This document shows, piece by piece, positions 20,414-30,714 of a stretch of 64,000 bases of DNA. The DNA comes from an uncultured bacterium (GTDB lineage: Bacteria > Patescibacteriota > Minisyncoccia > Phycocordibacterales > UBA9973). The stretch lies in NCBI GenBank assembly GCA_903869825.1, contig CAIQAL010000016.1, positions 34,269 through 98,268 on the forward strand, given 5' to 3'. The notes below the pieces were generated by a model that saw nothing but the letters and a program-made list of their open reading frames with translations, ran no database searches and was not told the origin of the DNA. Both the position numbers and the translations under genes were made by a program. The first letter of the stretch is position 1. Each line of letters opens with the position of its first letter.

Positions 20414-23400
20414 TTATCTTTCAAACCATTTTATAACTTTTTTGTAGATGCAAGGAGCTGGTTCCCCGTTGTTCGTCGCTTTCGGGTCAATACAGTTTCC
20501 TCCGCCATCAACATTGCACTGTGGCGGATTAACGGCACCATTTATACATTGATCACAAGTTGGGTAAGGAGTTAGGCCGGCTGGGCAGTGCCCTCCCAAA
20601 CCAGGTTGGGTACCAGGTTGGGTACATGATGCATTTGACCCGGTAGGTGAACCAAGACATTCCCAAGTCCAGCCATTTGTTGAATCTCCTGTTCCCTTCG
20701 CGCTATTTCCTTTTACGCAACCATAGTGACCTTGAGCACATTCGGCATTAACCTTTTTATCAGTACAAATCCTTTCATCCCAGAAAGTTTTATTCTCACA
20801 ACTTGAAGTTATAGTCTTTAAATCAAGTGTCACATTATTGTTGAGAAGTCTAAACGTCGAAGTATCATGCGGAATAGTTAATTTCCCTTGTCCTGGATTT
20901 CCCGTTCCGACTACCCCTACCATTTCTTGGACAACTTCCGTGGTAGCTCCTTGTGGATTAATTACACTCCAGACAAAATGCATCAAGCAATCGCTTCCAT
21001 TGAGGGGGATAATGCAAGACAGTGCATCAGGAGTCAAAATTCCGGTCATTCCTCCGATTACATTAAACGATGCCCAGTTACTACAGTTATTTGTTTCATT
21101 TGACTCAGGAACCATCGCCGGTGGAATAGTATTTCGATTAGTTTTGTCAGCACAGACCCGACCATAGTACGTTCCTGGCACGCTAAAGGTATAAGTTGTT
21201 GACATGGTATCACTTCCGCCGGCAGCAAGAGCCAGCATCGAGACTGCTGGAAGGTCCACTAGTCTCCCTGTTCCGTTTACTCCAGTTGAAAATTGAGCAA
21301 AGTTTTTAAAGATTGTTCCAGCTGCTCCAGTTCCCACCGGCCCGAGGTTGGTGATGGTTGAGACAAAAGAAGTAGGGCTATTGATAGCAATAGGAAGTTT
21401 TTTTGCTGATGGAACGCTTGCAATAAGATCGGGTAGTTTCGTTGGAGCGGTTACCGTTATCGGGGTCCAAGGACTAGCACAATTGTTTCCTTCGTTTGAT
21501 TCTGTTACTTCTGCTGGAAGGACAGTACTCGGGCTAGTTTTGTCAGCACAAGCCCGTGCATAGTAAGTTCCTGGAGAAGTGAAGGTACATAGGTAACTTA
21601 GAGTACCACTCGCGCCTGCCGCAAGAGTAATCATTGATGTCCCCGGAAAAGTCGCGTAACAAGATGGAAGGCTTCCTCCTCCTGTTCCACCAGAAGCAAT
21701 CGCTTCTCCCGGGAAGAAAATGGTAGCCAGCATTTTTTTATACTTTTCCAAGAAACCTGTATTTCCATTCCCATTTCCAGGATTGTAATTTAGAACTTGA
21801 ATAAAATTATGAAATGAATTACCAGTCGTATTATTCCCGATATTTGTGATTTGAGCGGCAAGAGTAACCGAATCGTTGGCCGCAACTGTAGTTGGAGTTA
21901 CTTGGCCTGCTACTAAGTCTGGTTTCGGCCCAGAAGGAGTGACAGTAACGGTTGTCCAGTCGCCACAGTTATTTCCCTCGTTTGTTAATTCATTTACTTC
22001 GTCTGGTGGAGTGGAAACGTGACTGGTATTACGATTGTATTTATCGGCACAAGCTCGTACCCACCACATTCCAGCTGTCGTAAATGTATATTTTGGATAA
22101 GTTATGCTGATAGTTTCTCCAGCCGCAAGTGCTGACGTAACGGGAATAGCAGGAGAAAGATCCTGGATTCCTGTTAAGGCATACGCCTTATTAAATATTT
22201 TATCAAAAATATTTTTTGGAGAATTGTAACCAAGTAGTGGAGGAGTTGGGTCAGTGTCGGTAACTTGGAAAAAGTTATGGAACCCGTTTCCAGTTGGCAG
22301 AGTTCCAACATTTCTGATCGTTGCAATCAGATCAGTCTTGACACCAAATATTACTGAACTCGGAGTGGACGGATCAGCCGTCAAGTCCGGGGCGTTCGGA
22401 ACGGTCACAGCAACAGTCGCATGATCAGTACCACTCCCTACGGGATTTGAATCAGTAGCGGTAAAAGTAAAGTTTCCAGCGCTTTGGAAAGGGCCAGCGA
22501 CAAATATAAAAGGATTTTGTGATTGACAATTTAGGGTGGAAAACCCTGGAAAACTAGAAACCACTTGGCAAGTATCACTATCGGGGTGCTCTACAGAAAA
22601 TTGAAGTGTCATGCCAGTCTTAATGTTATTATTTTGGGGTGTGATAATAACTGTCGGCGGATAGATATCATTAAAATTAATGTTAATTGTCCCATACGAC
22701 CACAATTCAGTAACCTGACTGGCTTGTGCTCCATTAGTCAAAGAAGAAATAAATTGCCCCAACCTACCAAAAAGACCATCCGACTTTGCAAGGTTATTTT
22801 TTTTGGGCAAAGCACTGAGATACTTAACACATGCTGCATTGTATGTGTGTATTCCTGCCTGTGAGGAGTTCTCATATTGAATTGCGACAGAACCCGAAGC
22901 TGTCCCATCTGACAAAATTGTATTTCCTTCTTTAATAGTACAGTTATCTGCTGTCAGATTTGTATCCCAGCTTATATTTGTCGTCTGGTTCAGAGAAACA
23001 GGATTTAAGTCCGCTGACATACTCACTATTGGAGGATTTGCCCCATTTCCCCCGCCACCGCCACCGCCACCGCCACAACCTGCCCCTACTGTGTAAGGAA
23101 TAGTAAGTGAACCATCATAACCTCCGTAGTCTGGTGACCACTTAAAATAGACGGTCATATTATAGCAGCCATCAATCGATGGAGCCAAAAAATTAGAATC
23201 TGTTGTTGTTGTCCAGGCTACATCACAACCACCAGAATTACACGCTGTATTATATTCTCCTTCTAGTCCGTTAAATGTGACTTTCACAGGAGGACCAATT
23301 ATTCCAAGGTAACCACTCGCGGTTTGTCGCAATCTTACATCCATTTGCTCTCCTGCAGTATAATTACTCTTATTCATTAAGACATAACCGGAACAATGAG

Positions 23401-23620
23401 CTACAGTGTACCCTTGGGATGCAAAATAGCCACATTCAGCGTCAGTGTAATTAGTTTGAGATGCTTTGGCTAAATTGATTGGAACACCAAACCCAAATAA
23501 AGCGAGAAAGAAAACGACGGAGAAAATTTTTATTAAAAAAAGAGCACCATTTGAATTTGAATTTTTTGTTTCAGATTCTTTTTTTAAAACAGTACCAAAA
23601 AAGATTGATAGTTTCTTCAT
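20414..23620 (-). CDS. large secreted/surface protein with three CARDB-like Ig domains and Cys-rich C-terminus
   Basis: N-terminal signal/TM; three PDLxA..NxG..RACADK..ESNExNNC repeats; poly-Gly linker; CIDPKATN tail. Confidence 0.8.
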   Translation of the reverse strand: MKKLSIFFGTVLKKESETKNSNSNGALFLIKIFSVVFFLALFGFGVPINLAKASQTNYTDAECGYFASQGYTVAHCSGYVLMNKSNYTAGEQMDVRLRQTASGYLGIIGPPVKVTFNGLEGEYNTACNSGGCDVAWTTTTDSNFLAPSIDGCYNMTVYFKWSPDYGGYDGSLTIPYTVGAGCGGGGGGGGGNGANPPIVSMSADLNPVSLNQTTNISWDTNLTADNCTIKEGNTILSDGTASGSVAIQYENSSQAGIHTYNAACVKYLSALPKKNNLAKSDGLFGRLGQFISSLTNGAQASQVTELWSYGTININFNDIYPPTVIITPQNNNIKTGMTLQFSVEHPDSDTCQVVSSFPGFSTLNCQSQNPFIFVAGPFQSAGNFTFTATDSNPVGSGTDHATVAVTVPNAPDLTADPSTPSSVIFGVKTDLIATIRNVGTLPTGNGFHNFFQVTDTDPTPPLLGYNSPKNIFDKIFNKAYALTGIQDLSPAIPVTSALAAGETISITYPKYTFTTAGMWWVRACADKYNRNTSHVSTPPDEVNELTNEGNNCGDWTTVTVTPSGPKPDLVAGQVTPTTVAANDSVTLAAQITNIGNNTTGNSFHNFIQVLNYNPGNGNGNTGFLEKYKKMLATIFFPGEAIASGGTGGGSLPSCYATFPGTSMITLAAGASGTLSYLCTFTSPGTYYARACADKTSPSTVLPAEVTESNEGNNCASPWTPITVTAPTKLPDLIASVPSAKKLPIAINSPTSFVSTITNLGPVGTGAAGTIFKNFAQFSTGVNGTGRLVDLPAVSMLALAAGGSDTMSTTYTFSVPGTYYGRVCADKTNRNTIPPAMVPESNETNNCSNWASFNVIGGMTGILTPDALSCIIPLNGSDCLMHFVWSVINPQGATTEVVQEMVGVVGTGNPGQGKLTIPHDTSTFRLLNNNVTLDLKTITSSCENKTFWDERICTDKKVNAECAQGHYGCVKGNSAKGTGDSTNGWTWECLGSPTGSNASCTQPGTQPGLGGHCPAGLTPYPTCDQCINGAVNPPQCNVDGGGNCIDPKATNNGEPAPCIYKKVIKWFER

Positions 23621-23723
23621 AAGAGATAAATTAATAAATATTAATAATAATGTTTTTAAAACACACTCCTTTAAATAATAACATATTCTATCGAAGTTGA
23701 TAAAGAAGTGTTAATAACTAAAT

Positions 23724-23758
23724 AAAAAAATAGGCCTCTTCTGTAAAAGAAGGGCCTA
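23724..23758 (-). terminator. intrinsic terminator
   Basis: minus strand TAGGCCCTTCT..AGAAGAGGCCTA followed by T-run. Confidence 0.7.
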
Positions 23759-23770
23759 GATATTTTAGAA

Positions 23771-24790
23771 TCACTTTTTAAGATTAAGAACGGCTGGTCC
23801 GAAGGTCATTTTAATGTAACCTAGGTTACCAGGACATCCAAATGAAGGGCAGAGTAACTTCAACATCATAGATGCGGAGTTCATTACCATAATTCGGTAC
23901 ACTCCTCCTCCCCAATCAATGGTATCACCATTGATAGTGTAATTGCCCCAATTTGTGTGAACACCGTATCGGTAAGAGTCAAATGTTCCATTAGAATTGA
24001 ATACCGTTTTGGTATCCAGGTCTTTTTGCTGAACAGTCGTAGGTGTCCAATAACCACCTTCGTCTCCAGAACAACTGGAAACAGCACTGGTTTCGCTCCA
24101 TGGATGGCTGTGAATGGTGTCGTTATAGTTAGATGGCGGCGGTGGAACAACAGTCACCTTCGTGCTATCTTCATCAGTACCAACACTGTTTCCTGCAAAA
24201 ACATGGAAGGTGGTGGTCTGATTGACAGATCTTTGGTATTGTCCGGGCTTGTTTACGTCGGAAATTTCAGGTGATGAGACAAAAGTATAGTCTCCTTCAA
24301 CAAGGATTATCACTGTAACGGTGTTACCAGAATCAGTGCGATCCGGAGTTACCGTTATTGTAACTTTTGGTTTAACCATATCAATAATGTCGGCATGCTT
24401 TGCAATAATGCTGGCTGTCTTTTTAAGATTTTCATTACCTTTTTTAATAAAGGTAAGAGAAATATCAGTGTTGGCAGCAATCGGCATGGAAACGAAATTA
24501 CCGCTCCCTGTCTTCTTGAAGGTTTCTGACCCAATAATCAGAAGAAGGGTGTCCGCATTTGAATTCCATTTCAAATGGAAAGATGTTCCAACTTTCATTG
24601 TGTCAATCATGTTTTCAGTGAAAGTCTTTCCATTGAGAGTTACCGAACTAACGGTAAGTGGGTCGACCACGGATGGTCCAATCGGGTCTTCTTTCTTGCA
24701 TCCGAAAAAAATCATCAGGACGCAAAGGGCAAGATACTTACTCAGGTCACGCCTGAGCGTTTCTTTCCTGTGCAACTTCTTGCTATTCAT
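23771..24790 (-). CDS. putative lipoprotein (Ig/PKD-like plus lipocalin-like domains)
   Basis: hydrophobic stretch then FFG|CKKEDP lipobox; HVFAGNSVGTD; GNYTINGDTI. Confidence 0.7.
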   Translation of the reverse strand: MNSKKLHRKETLRRDLSKYLALCVLMIFFGCKKEDPIGPSVVDPLTVSSVTLNGKTFTENMIDTMKVGTSFHLKWNSNADTLLLIIGSETFKKTGSGNFVSMPIAANTDISLTFIKKGNENLKKTASIIAKHADIIDMVKPKVTITVTPDRTDSGNTVTVIILVEGDYTFVSSPEISDVNKPGQYQRSVNQTTTFHVFAGNSVGTDEDSTKVTVVPPPPSNYNDTIHSHPWSETSAVSSCSGDEGGYWTPTTVQQKDLDTKTVFNSNGTFDSYRYGVHTNWGNYTINGDTIDWGGGVYRIMVMNSASMMLKLLCPSFGCPGNLGYIKMTFGPAVLNLKK

Positions 24791-24906
24791 ATTTTTTCAG
24801 TTTATTTGGTTTTTCAAAAAGGTTAATTGCTTTATTTAACAGCCTTTAATAGCTAAGGTAACCAAATAAAGCAATTCACCTTGACAAGACACACTATTCG
24901 TATTGA

Positions 24907-24935
24907 ATTATAGGACTTTATACAATTATTGTCAA
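24907..24935 (-). promoter_or_regulatory. consensus sigma70 promoter for the lipoprotein gene
   Basis: TTGACA-17nt-TATAAT on minus strand. Confidence 0.75.
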
Positions 24936-25125
24936 TAAAGTTATCCCCTTTATCCACAGAACAAAGGATATTGTTAAATAAGGCCATTTTTTGCTCTTGC
25001 CTTCCAAATAATCTAGTGCTATACTTTATTCATATTAGTCCTGTCGCAACAGGGCTTTAATTTTTGCCAAATGACCGGAAATGGAGTTGGTAAGAAAAAA
25101 TTTAATAGTTTTAACAATTAAATAT

Positions 25126-26379
25126 ATGTTGGACATAAAAACATTCAAATCAGCATTGGAGCAGTTGGAAGAAGAAAGAAAAATTCCAAAAGAAAAAATC
25201 TTGGACGCAATCGAACAAGCGATGGCGGCCGCTTATAAAAAAGATTATGGGAAAAAAGGACAAATCATCCGAGCGAAGTTTGATTTGGAAACAGGCAAGA
25301 CGGATTTTTTCCAAATTAAAATCGTAGTTGATGAATCAATCGTAAAACTAGAAGAAAACAATGAAGGAGAAAAAGAATATTCGGTAAAAACCGATGGAGA
25401 TGAACGAACTCACTTCAATCCGGAGCATCACATAATGATTGAAGATGCAAAAATAATAAAAAAAGACGTGGCCTTAAACGACGAGGTGGTTTTTCCGCTT
25501 GAAGCAAAAGATGATTACGGACGCATCGCCGCCCAAACCGCCAAGCAAGTAATCGTGCAACGTATCCGAGAAGCGGAACGAACATCGATTATTGACGAGT
25601 ACGGAACCAAGGAAGGAGAAATAATCGGGGGCATCGTGCAAAAAATCGAGCGTGGAAATGTTTACATCGATTTTAACCGAGCAACCGGAGTCCTCCCGGC
25701 CGAAGAACAAATCCCGGGAGAATATTTGCAACGGGGTCAACGAATCCGAGCTTACTTGTATTCGGTAGAAGATTCACCACGCGGTATCAACCTGCGTCTT
25801 TCTCGTACTCATCCTAAATTTATTGAAAAACTTTTTTCAATTGAGGCACCGGAAATTCAAAGCGGCGTAGTTGAAATAAAATCAATCGCCCGAGAAGCTG
25901 GCGCTCGCTCAAAAATAGCTGTCGCTTCAAACGACGAACACATTGACCCAGTTGGTTCTTGTGTCGGACAAAAAGGAACGAGAGTAAACACAATCACGAG
26001 TGAACTCGGCGGAGAAAAGATCGATATTATCCCTTGGTCCGAAGATCCGAAAATCTTTGTGGCAAACTCTCTTTCCCCGGCCAAAGTTCTTTCAATCGTT
26101 GTTGATGAAAAAGAACACAAATCCGTCGTAGAAGTTTCCGATGACCAATTATCTCTTGCTATCGGCAAGGGTGGACAAAATGTCCGTTTGGCCGCAAAGC
26201 TTACCGGTTGGAGAATCGATATTAAAGGAAACGGCGGAAATGAAGTTACCTCCACTGACGGAGATAAAATAGAAATAAAAGAAGAAGTTGAAGAGAAAAA
26301 ATCCGAAGGCCCTGAGCTTGTCGAAGGGAAAGAGACTGAAGAAAAAAAAGTAACTAAAAAAACAAAAAAAACAAAATAA
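25126..26379 (+). CDS. nusA: transcription termination/antitermination factor NusA
   Basis: GRIAAQTAKQ, AREAGARSKIAV, SLAIGKGGQNVRLAAKLTGW; start at MLDIK preferred. Confidence 0.97.
   Translation: MLDIKTFKSALEQLEEERKIPKEKILDAIEQAMAAAYKKDYGKKGQIIRAKFDLETGKTDFFQIKIVVDESIVKLEENNEGEKEYSVKTDGDERTHFNPEHHIMIEDAKIIKKDVALNDEVVFPLEAKDDYGRIAAQTAKQVIVQRIREAERTSIIDEYGTKEGEIIGGIVQKIERGNVYIDFNRATGVLPAEEQIPGEYLQRGQRIRAYLYSVEDSPRGINLRLSRTHPKFIEKLFSIEAPEIQSGVVEIKSIAREAGARSKIAVASNDEHIDPVGSCVGQKGTRVNTITSELGGEKIDIIPWSEDPKIFVANSLSPAKVLSIVVDEKEHKSVVEVSDDQLSLAIGKGGQNVRLAAKLTGWRIDIKGNGGNEVTSTDGDKIEIKEEVEEKKSEGPELVEGKETEEKKVTKKTKKTK
26310..26328 (+). repeat. REP-like micro-element CCCTGAGCTTGTCGAAGGG, in-frame in nusA tail
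   Basis: 18/19 identical to copy at 33484-33502. Confidence 0.65.
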
Positions 26380-26404
26380 ATATTATTAATTAACAAAATT
26401 TAAC

Positions 26405-28405
26405 ATGAGTATATATTTATTGTTTGCTATTATTAGTGCATTAGTCGCAATCGTCTATGGTTTGTTTTTGGCAAAAAATATTTTAAATAAAAGTGCCGGA
26501 AACGAAAAAATGCAAAATATTGCTTCCGCTATTGCCGAGGGGGCAAAAGCATACTTAAACAGACAATACAAAACGATAGGAATCATCGCAGTAGTATTAT
26601 TTTTTATTTTGTGGTACGGGCTTGGAATAAAGTCCGCCATTGGTTTTATTGTCGGCGCTTTACTTTCAGCCTTGGCTGGATACATCGGGATGAATGTTTC
26701 GGTTCGAGCAAATGTTCGAACTACCGAAGCCGCTCGAGGAGGACTTTCTCAAGCACTCTCGGTTGCTTTTAAGGGAGGTACTGTCACCGGGTTACTAGTT
26801 GTCGGTCTCGCCCTTCTTGGAGTCTCGGGACTTTACGCGATTACTGGAGATGTGAAAGCTCTCATCGGTCTTGGTTTTGGCGCCTCACTCATTTCTGTTT
26901 TTGCCAGACTCGGCGGTGGAATTTTTACCAAAGCAGCAGATGTCGGTGCAGACCTAGTTGGAAAAATCGAAGCGGGAATTCCGGAAGACGATCCAAGGAA
27001 CCCGGCGGTTATTGCGGATAACGTCGGAGATAATGTCGGCGACTGCGCTGGAATGGCGGCAGATCTTTTTGAGACCTATGCCGTTACCTCAGTTGCTACG
27101 ATGCTTCTCGGTTCTCTTCTTTTTTTGAATTTTAAAGGAGCAATTTTATACCCTCTCGCAATCGGCGGAGTTGCAATTATTTGTTCCATCATCGGAACTT
27201 GGTTTGTAAAACTAGGAAAAGGGAATAATATCATGGGCGCTCTTTACAAAGGATTGATTGCCGCAGGTATTTTGGCTGCTATCGCCTTTTATCCAATCAC
27301 AAAACTTTTAATGAGCAATAACCCAGGAGGATATTCCGTGATGGATTTGTTTATCTGCGCAATCACTGGACTCCTTGTCACAGGAGCACTGGTTGTTATT
27401 ACCGAATATTTTACTTCAACCAAATATGCCCCAGTCCAATCAATCGCAAAGGCTTCAGTTTCAGGACACGGAACAAATGTCATTCAAGGATTAGCAATCT
27501 CAATGAAATCAACCGCTCTACCCCTTCTCGCAATCGTGCTTGGAATTTTAGTTACTTATAATTTTGGCGGACTTTATGGAATCGCAGTTGCTGCTATGGC
27601 CATGCTTTCAATGACAGGAATTATTGTGGCTATCGACGCCTATGGACCAATCACTGATAACGCCGGAGGAATTGCCGAAATGGCAGAACTTCCGGAGAGT
27701 GTTCGAGCAGTTACTGACCCTCTGGATGCCGTTGGAAACACTACCAAAGCAGTTACCAAGGGTTACGCCATCGGCTCAGCTGGACTCGCCGCTCTCGTTT
27801 TGTTCTCTGCTTACACCGAAGAAATTCACGCTATCACGGGGAAAATTATGGCTTTTGATCTAAGTAATCCAAAAGTTATTGTCGGATTATTTATTGGAGG
27901 ACTTTTGCCATATTACTTCGGAGCTCTGTGTATGGAAGCCGTCGGAAAAACTGCCGGAAAAGTTGTTGAAGAAGTTCGCCGACAATTTCGAGATATCAAA
28001 GGAATTATGGATGGCTCCGGAAAACCGGAGTACGGTAAGTGTGTAGACATCGTAACCACAAGCGCCATTAAACAAATGATTGTGCCTGCTCTTATTCCCG
28101 TATTTACTCCAATCATCGTAGGATTTATTCTCGGACCCGAAGCCCTCGGAGGACTTCTGGTTGGGGCAATCGTTACCGGACTCTTCGTCGCAATCTCAAT
28201 GACGAGCGGTGGAGGTGCTTGGGACAATGCCAAGAAATATATTGAAAGTGGAAACTTCGGTGGAAAAGGTGGCGAAGCTCACAAAGCTGCCGTCACTGGT
28301 GACACTGTTGGAGACCCATACAAAGATACTGCCGGGCCAGCGATTAACCCAATGATTAAGATTTTAAACATTGTGGCTCTTCTAATTATCGCTTTTATTT
28401 TGTAA
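26405..28405 (+). CDS. hppA: membrane-bound pyrophosphatase, K+-independent H+-pumping type
   Basis: [30 protein letters not shown]; GNTTKA carries the Lys signature of K+-independent enzymes. Confidence 0.95.
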   Translation: MSIYLLFAIISALVAIVYGLFLAKNILNKSAGNEKMQNIASAIAEGAKAYLNRQYKTIGIIAVVLFFILWYGLGIKSAIGFIVGALLSALAGYIGMNVSVRANVRTTEAARGGLSQALSVAFKGGTVTGLLVVGLALLGVSGLYAITGDVKALIGLGFGASLISVFARLGGGIFTKAADVGADLVGKIEAGIPEDDPRNPAVIADNVGDNVGDCAGMAADLFETYAVTSVATMLLGSLLFLNFKGAILYPLAIGGVAIICSIIGTWFVKLGKGNNIMGALYKGLIAAGILAAIAFYPITKLLMSNNPGGYSVMDLFICAITGLLVTGALVVITEYFTSTKYAPVQSIAKASVSGHGTNVIQGLAISMKSTALPLLAIVLGILVTYNFGGLYGIAVAAMAMLSMTGIIVAIDAYGPITDNAGGIAEMAELPESVRAVTDPLDAVGNTTKAVTKGYAIGSAGLAALVLFSAYTEEIHAITGKIMAFDLSNPKVIVGLFIGGLLPYYFGALCMEAVGKTAGKVVEEVRRQFRDIKGIMDGSGKPEYGKCVDIVTTSAIKQMIVPALIPVFTPIIVGFILGPEALGGLLVGAIVTGLFVAISMTSGGGAWDNAKKYIESGNFGGKGGEAHKAAVTGDTVGDPYKDTAGPAINPMIKILNIVALLIIAFIL

Positions 28406-28416
28406 AAGTATTTACC

Positions 28417-28451
28417 AAAAAAAACACCAAGCAGTGCTTGGTGTTTTTTTT
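28417..28451 (+). terminator. intrinsic terminator
   Basis: AAAACACCAAGCAGTGCTTGGTGTTTTTTT. Confidence 0.8.
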
Positions 28452-28534
28452 ATTCTTGTTCCATAGAATATTTTGTGATACGATTAAAAGATAGTTTTCG
28501 AGTATTATTAAATATAATTTATTGATCCATTAAT

Positions 28535-29200
28535 ATGAAAAAATATTTAACATCGTTATCCATTAGTATCTTGGCTCTTCTCTCTTTTGCTTATATTGTC
28601 CAAGCACAAAATCCCCTTCCGCCGGGAGATGAAAATTCGTCTCAGGCAACAACAAATTTTAATTCTCAAAAACAAGATCTAGAAAATACCAAGGAAACAA
28701 CAGAGAATCAAAAAATTCAGCTGATTGCAGAAATAGACAAAACAAGAAGCGAAGCAAAACAGAAAATAGAAAGTCTAAAGGCGAACGTCGGAAAAATTAA
28801 AAATAAAGCGAAAGCGGTAACTGCTCAAGCTAGAATTTTAGGCAGAGAAGATGCGTTACAAAGATTTGACTTGGCTATCGCCAAAGTAACAGATTTGTCT
28901 GAAAAAATATCTGCTCAAACCTCCAAAATGGAAGCCAAAGGACAAAACGTGGTAACTGCTAAAGATCAAATTGCTTCCGCTCAAGAAAAAATTCTAACAG
29001 CCCAAGAAAAAATAGCCGCTGCCAGCAGTCTCCTTGCTCAATCAACCGACGAACTTACAAAAGACACTAAAGAACAGCTAAAACAATTGACCGAAGATGC
29101 TCAGAGTTCAATAAAGGACGCCCACCAAACGCTCTCTCTTACTGTTCAATATTTAAAGACATTGAATATCGCTCAGGTTGACCCAGAAGTGAAGGATTAA
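28535..29200 (+). CDS. secreted coiled-coil hypothetical protein
   Basis: signal peptide ending VQA, K/Q/A-rich heptads. Confidence 0.75.
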   Translation: MKKYLTSLSISILALLSFAYIVQAQNPLPPGDENSSQATTNFNSQKQDLENTKETTENQKIQLIAEIDKTRSEAKQKIESLKANVGKIKNKAKAVTAQARILGREDALQRFDLAIAKVTDLSEKISAQTSKMEAKGQNVVTAKDQIASAQEKILTAQEKIAAASSLLAQSTDELTKDTKEQLKQLTEDAQSSIKDAHQTLSLTVQYLKTLNIAQVDPEVKD

Positions 29201-29230
29201 ATTATTATTAACTTCGATAAAAATCAAAAA

Positions 29231-29473
29231 ATGGAACCAGAAAAAAAATCACATGGTGCGCTTATCGGGTCAATAATAATAATCATTATTTTGATTATTG
29301 GTGGCATCTACGTCTGGCAAAGCAAAATTAAAGAGATCCAACTCGAGAGAAAAAATGTGGAAATGCAAGCGACTGCAATGCAAGCGGCTAGCGATCTAGA
29401 ATTAAAAGCATTGGAAGCGGAGTTAAACTCGACCGACACTACAGTAAATGTAAATGTTGATAATCTAAAATAA
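29231..29473 (+). CDS. small single-pass membrane protein
   Basis: GALIGSIIIIIILIIGGIYVW TM helix, acidic tail. Confidence 0.75.
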   Translation: MEPEKKSHGALIGSIIIIIILIIGGIYVWQSKIKEIQLERKNVEMQATAMQAASDLELKALEAELNSTDTTVNVNVDNLK

Positions 29474-29483
29474 TAAAACCTAG

Positions 29484-29513
29484 CCAAAAATCCCCGACCT
29501 TGGGGATTTTTGG
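29484..29513 (+). terminator. intrinsic terminator
   Basis: CCAAAAATCCCC..GGGGATTTTTGG. Confidence 0.75.
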
Positions 29514-29557
29514 TAATATTTGAAAATAAATCTTATTTAGTATAAGATACCAATACT

Positions 29558-30637
29558 ATGAAAATAACCACAAAAAAATTACCAAAAAGTGAAATGGAAA
29601 TCGAAGGAGAACTTGAAGCGGAAGTTTTTGAAACATATTACGGAAAGGCCCTTAAGAAAATCGGAGAAAATGTTGAAATCGATGGTTTCCGAAAAGGCAA
29701 AATACCAGAAAATATTTTGACCACCAAAGTCCCGGAAATCCATGTTTTAGAGGAGATGGCAGAAATGGCCTTGTCCGAACTTTATCCAAAAATTATCGAA
29801 GATGAAAAAATAGAAGCAATTTCCCGACCTGACATTTCTATCACAAAACTTGCCCGAAACAATCCCCTCGGATTTAAAATCAAAACAGCTATTCTGCCAG
29901 AAACAAAATTACCAGATTACAAAGAAATCTCAAAAAAAATAATTACAGGGTTAACCGAAGAGGAAAAAAGTACTGAAGTCACCGAAAAAGAAGTTGAAGA
30001 TACCATAATGGATATCAGGAAATCCCGAGCTCCAAAAGTTCATATGGCTGAACCAATTGAACCACACGTCCACAAAGAAGGAGAAGAACACTCTCACGAA
30101 GAAGAAATTCCGGCCGAATTACCGGAACTAAATGATGAATTCGTACAAGCCCTTGGCCCATTTAAAGATGTCGCTGACTTCAAAGAAAAATTGAAAGAAA
30201 ACATCAAACTCGAAAAAGGCAACCAAGCAAAAGAAAAGACCAGACTAAAAATCGTTGAAGGCATAATCGAAAAAACCGAAACTGAGATGCCAGAAATTTT
30301 AATCGAAGTTGAACTGGACAAAATACTTTACCGGATGGAGTCCGACATTACCGCGATGGGCCTCAAATTCGAAGATTATTTGAAACACTTAAACAAAACA
30401 GTGGTGGATATCAGAAAAGAGTTCCGAAACGATGCTAAAAAGAAAGCGAAACTTGGACTTGTAATAAATAAGATAGCTCAAACGGAAAAAATTACTGCTG
30501 ACCCAGAACAAGTTGCAAGCGAAGTTGCGATGATCTTGGAACAGTACAAAGAGGCTGACCCAGAGCGCGCCCAAATGCATGCCGAAAACGTCCTAACGAA
30601 CGAAAAAGTTTTTCAATTCCTGGAGAATCAGCAGTAG
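29558..30637 (+). CDS. tig: trigger factor lacking FKBP domain
   Basis: DGFRKGKIP ribosome-binding motif, LPELNDEF; upstream of clpP. Confidence 0.93.
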   Translation: MKITTKKLPKSEMEIEGELEAEVFETYYGKALKKIGENVEIDGFRKGKIPENILTTKVPEIHVLEEMAEMALSELYPKIIEDEKIEAISRPDISITKLARNNPLGFKIKTAILPETKLPDYKEISKKIITGLTEEEKSTEVTEKEVEDTIMDIRKSRAPKVHMAEPIEPHVHKEGEEHSHEEEIPAELPELNDEFVQALGPFKDVADFKEKLKENIKLEKGNQAKEKTRLKIVEGIIEKTETEMPEILIEVELDKILYRMESDITAMGLKFEDYLKHLNKTVVDIRKEFRNDAKKKAKLGLVINKIAQTEKITADPEQVASEVAMILEQYKEADPERAQMHAENVLTNEKVFQFLENQQ

Positions 30638-30714
30638 TGTTATAATTAATTATAGAATTTTTTTACCAAAAACTTCATCAAAGGTTAATATTATTAGTTT
30701 AATATATAAACATT

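Noticed and set aside
23050-23076. (GCCACC)4 hexamer repeat as a contingency locus
   Set aside because: In-frame poly-Gly linker; slippage would change only linker length
25081-25125. Upstream ATG for nusA
   Set aside because: Extension lacks NusA character; MLDIK start preferred
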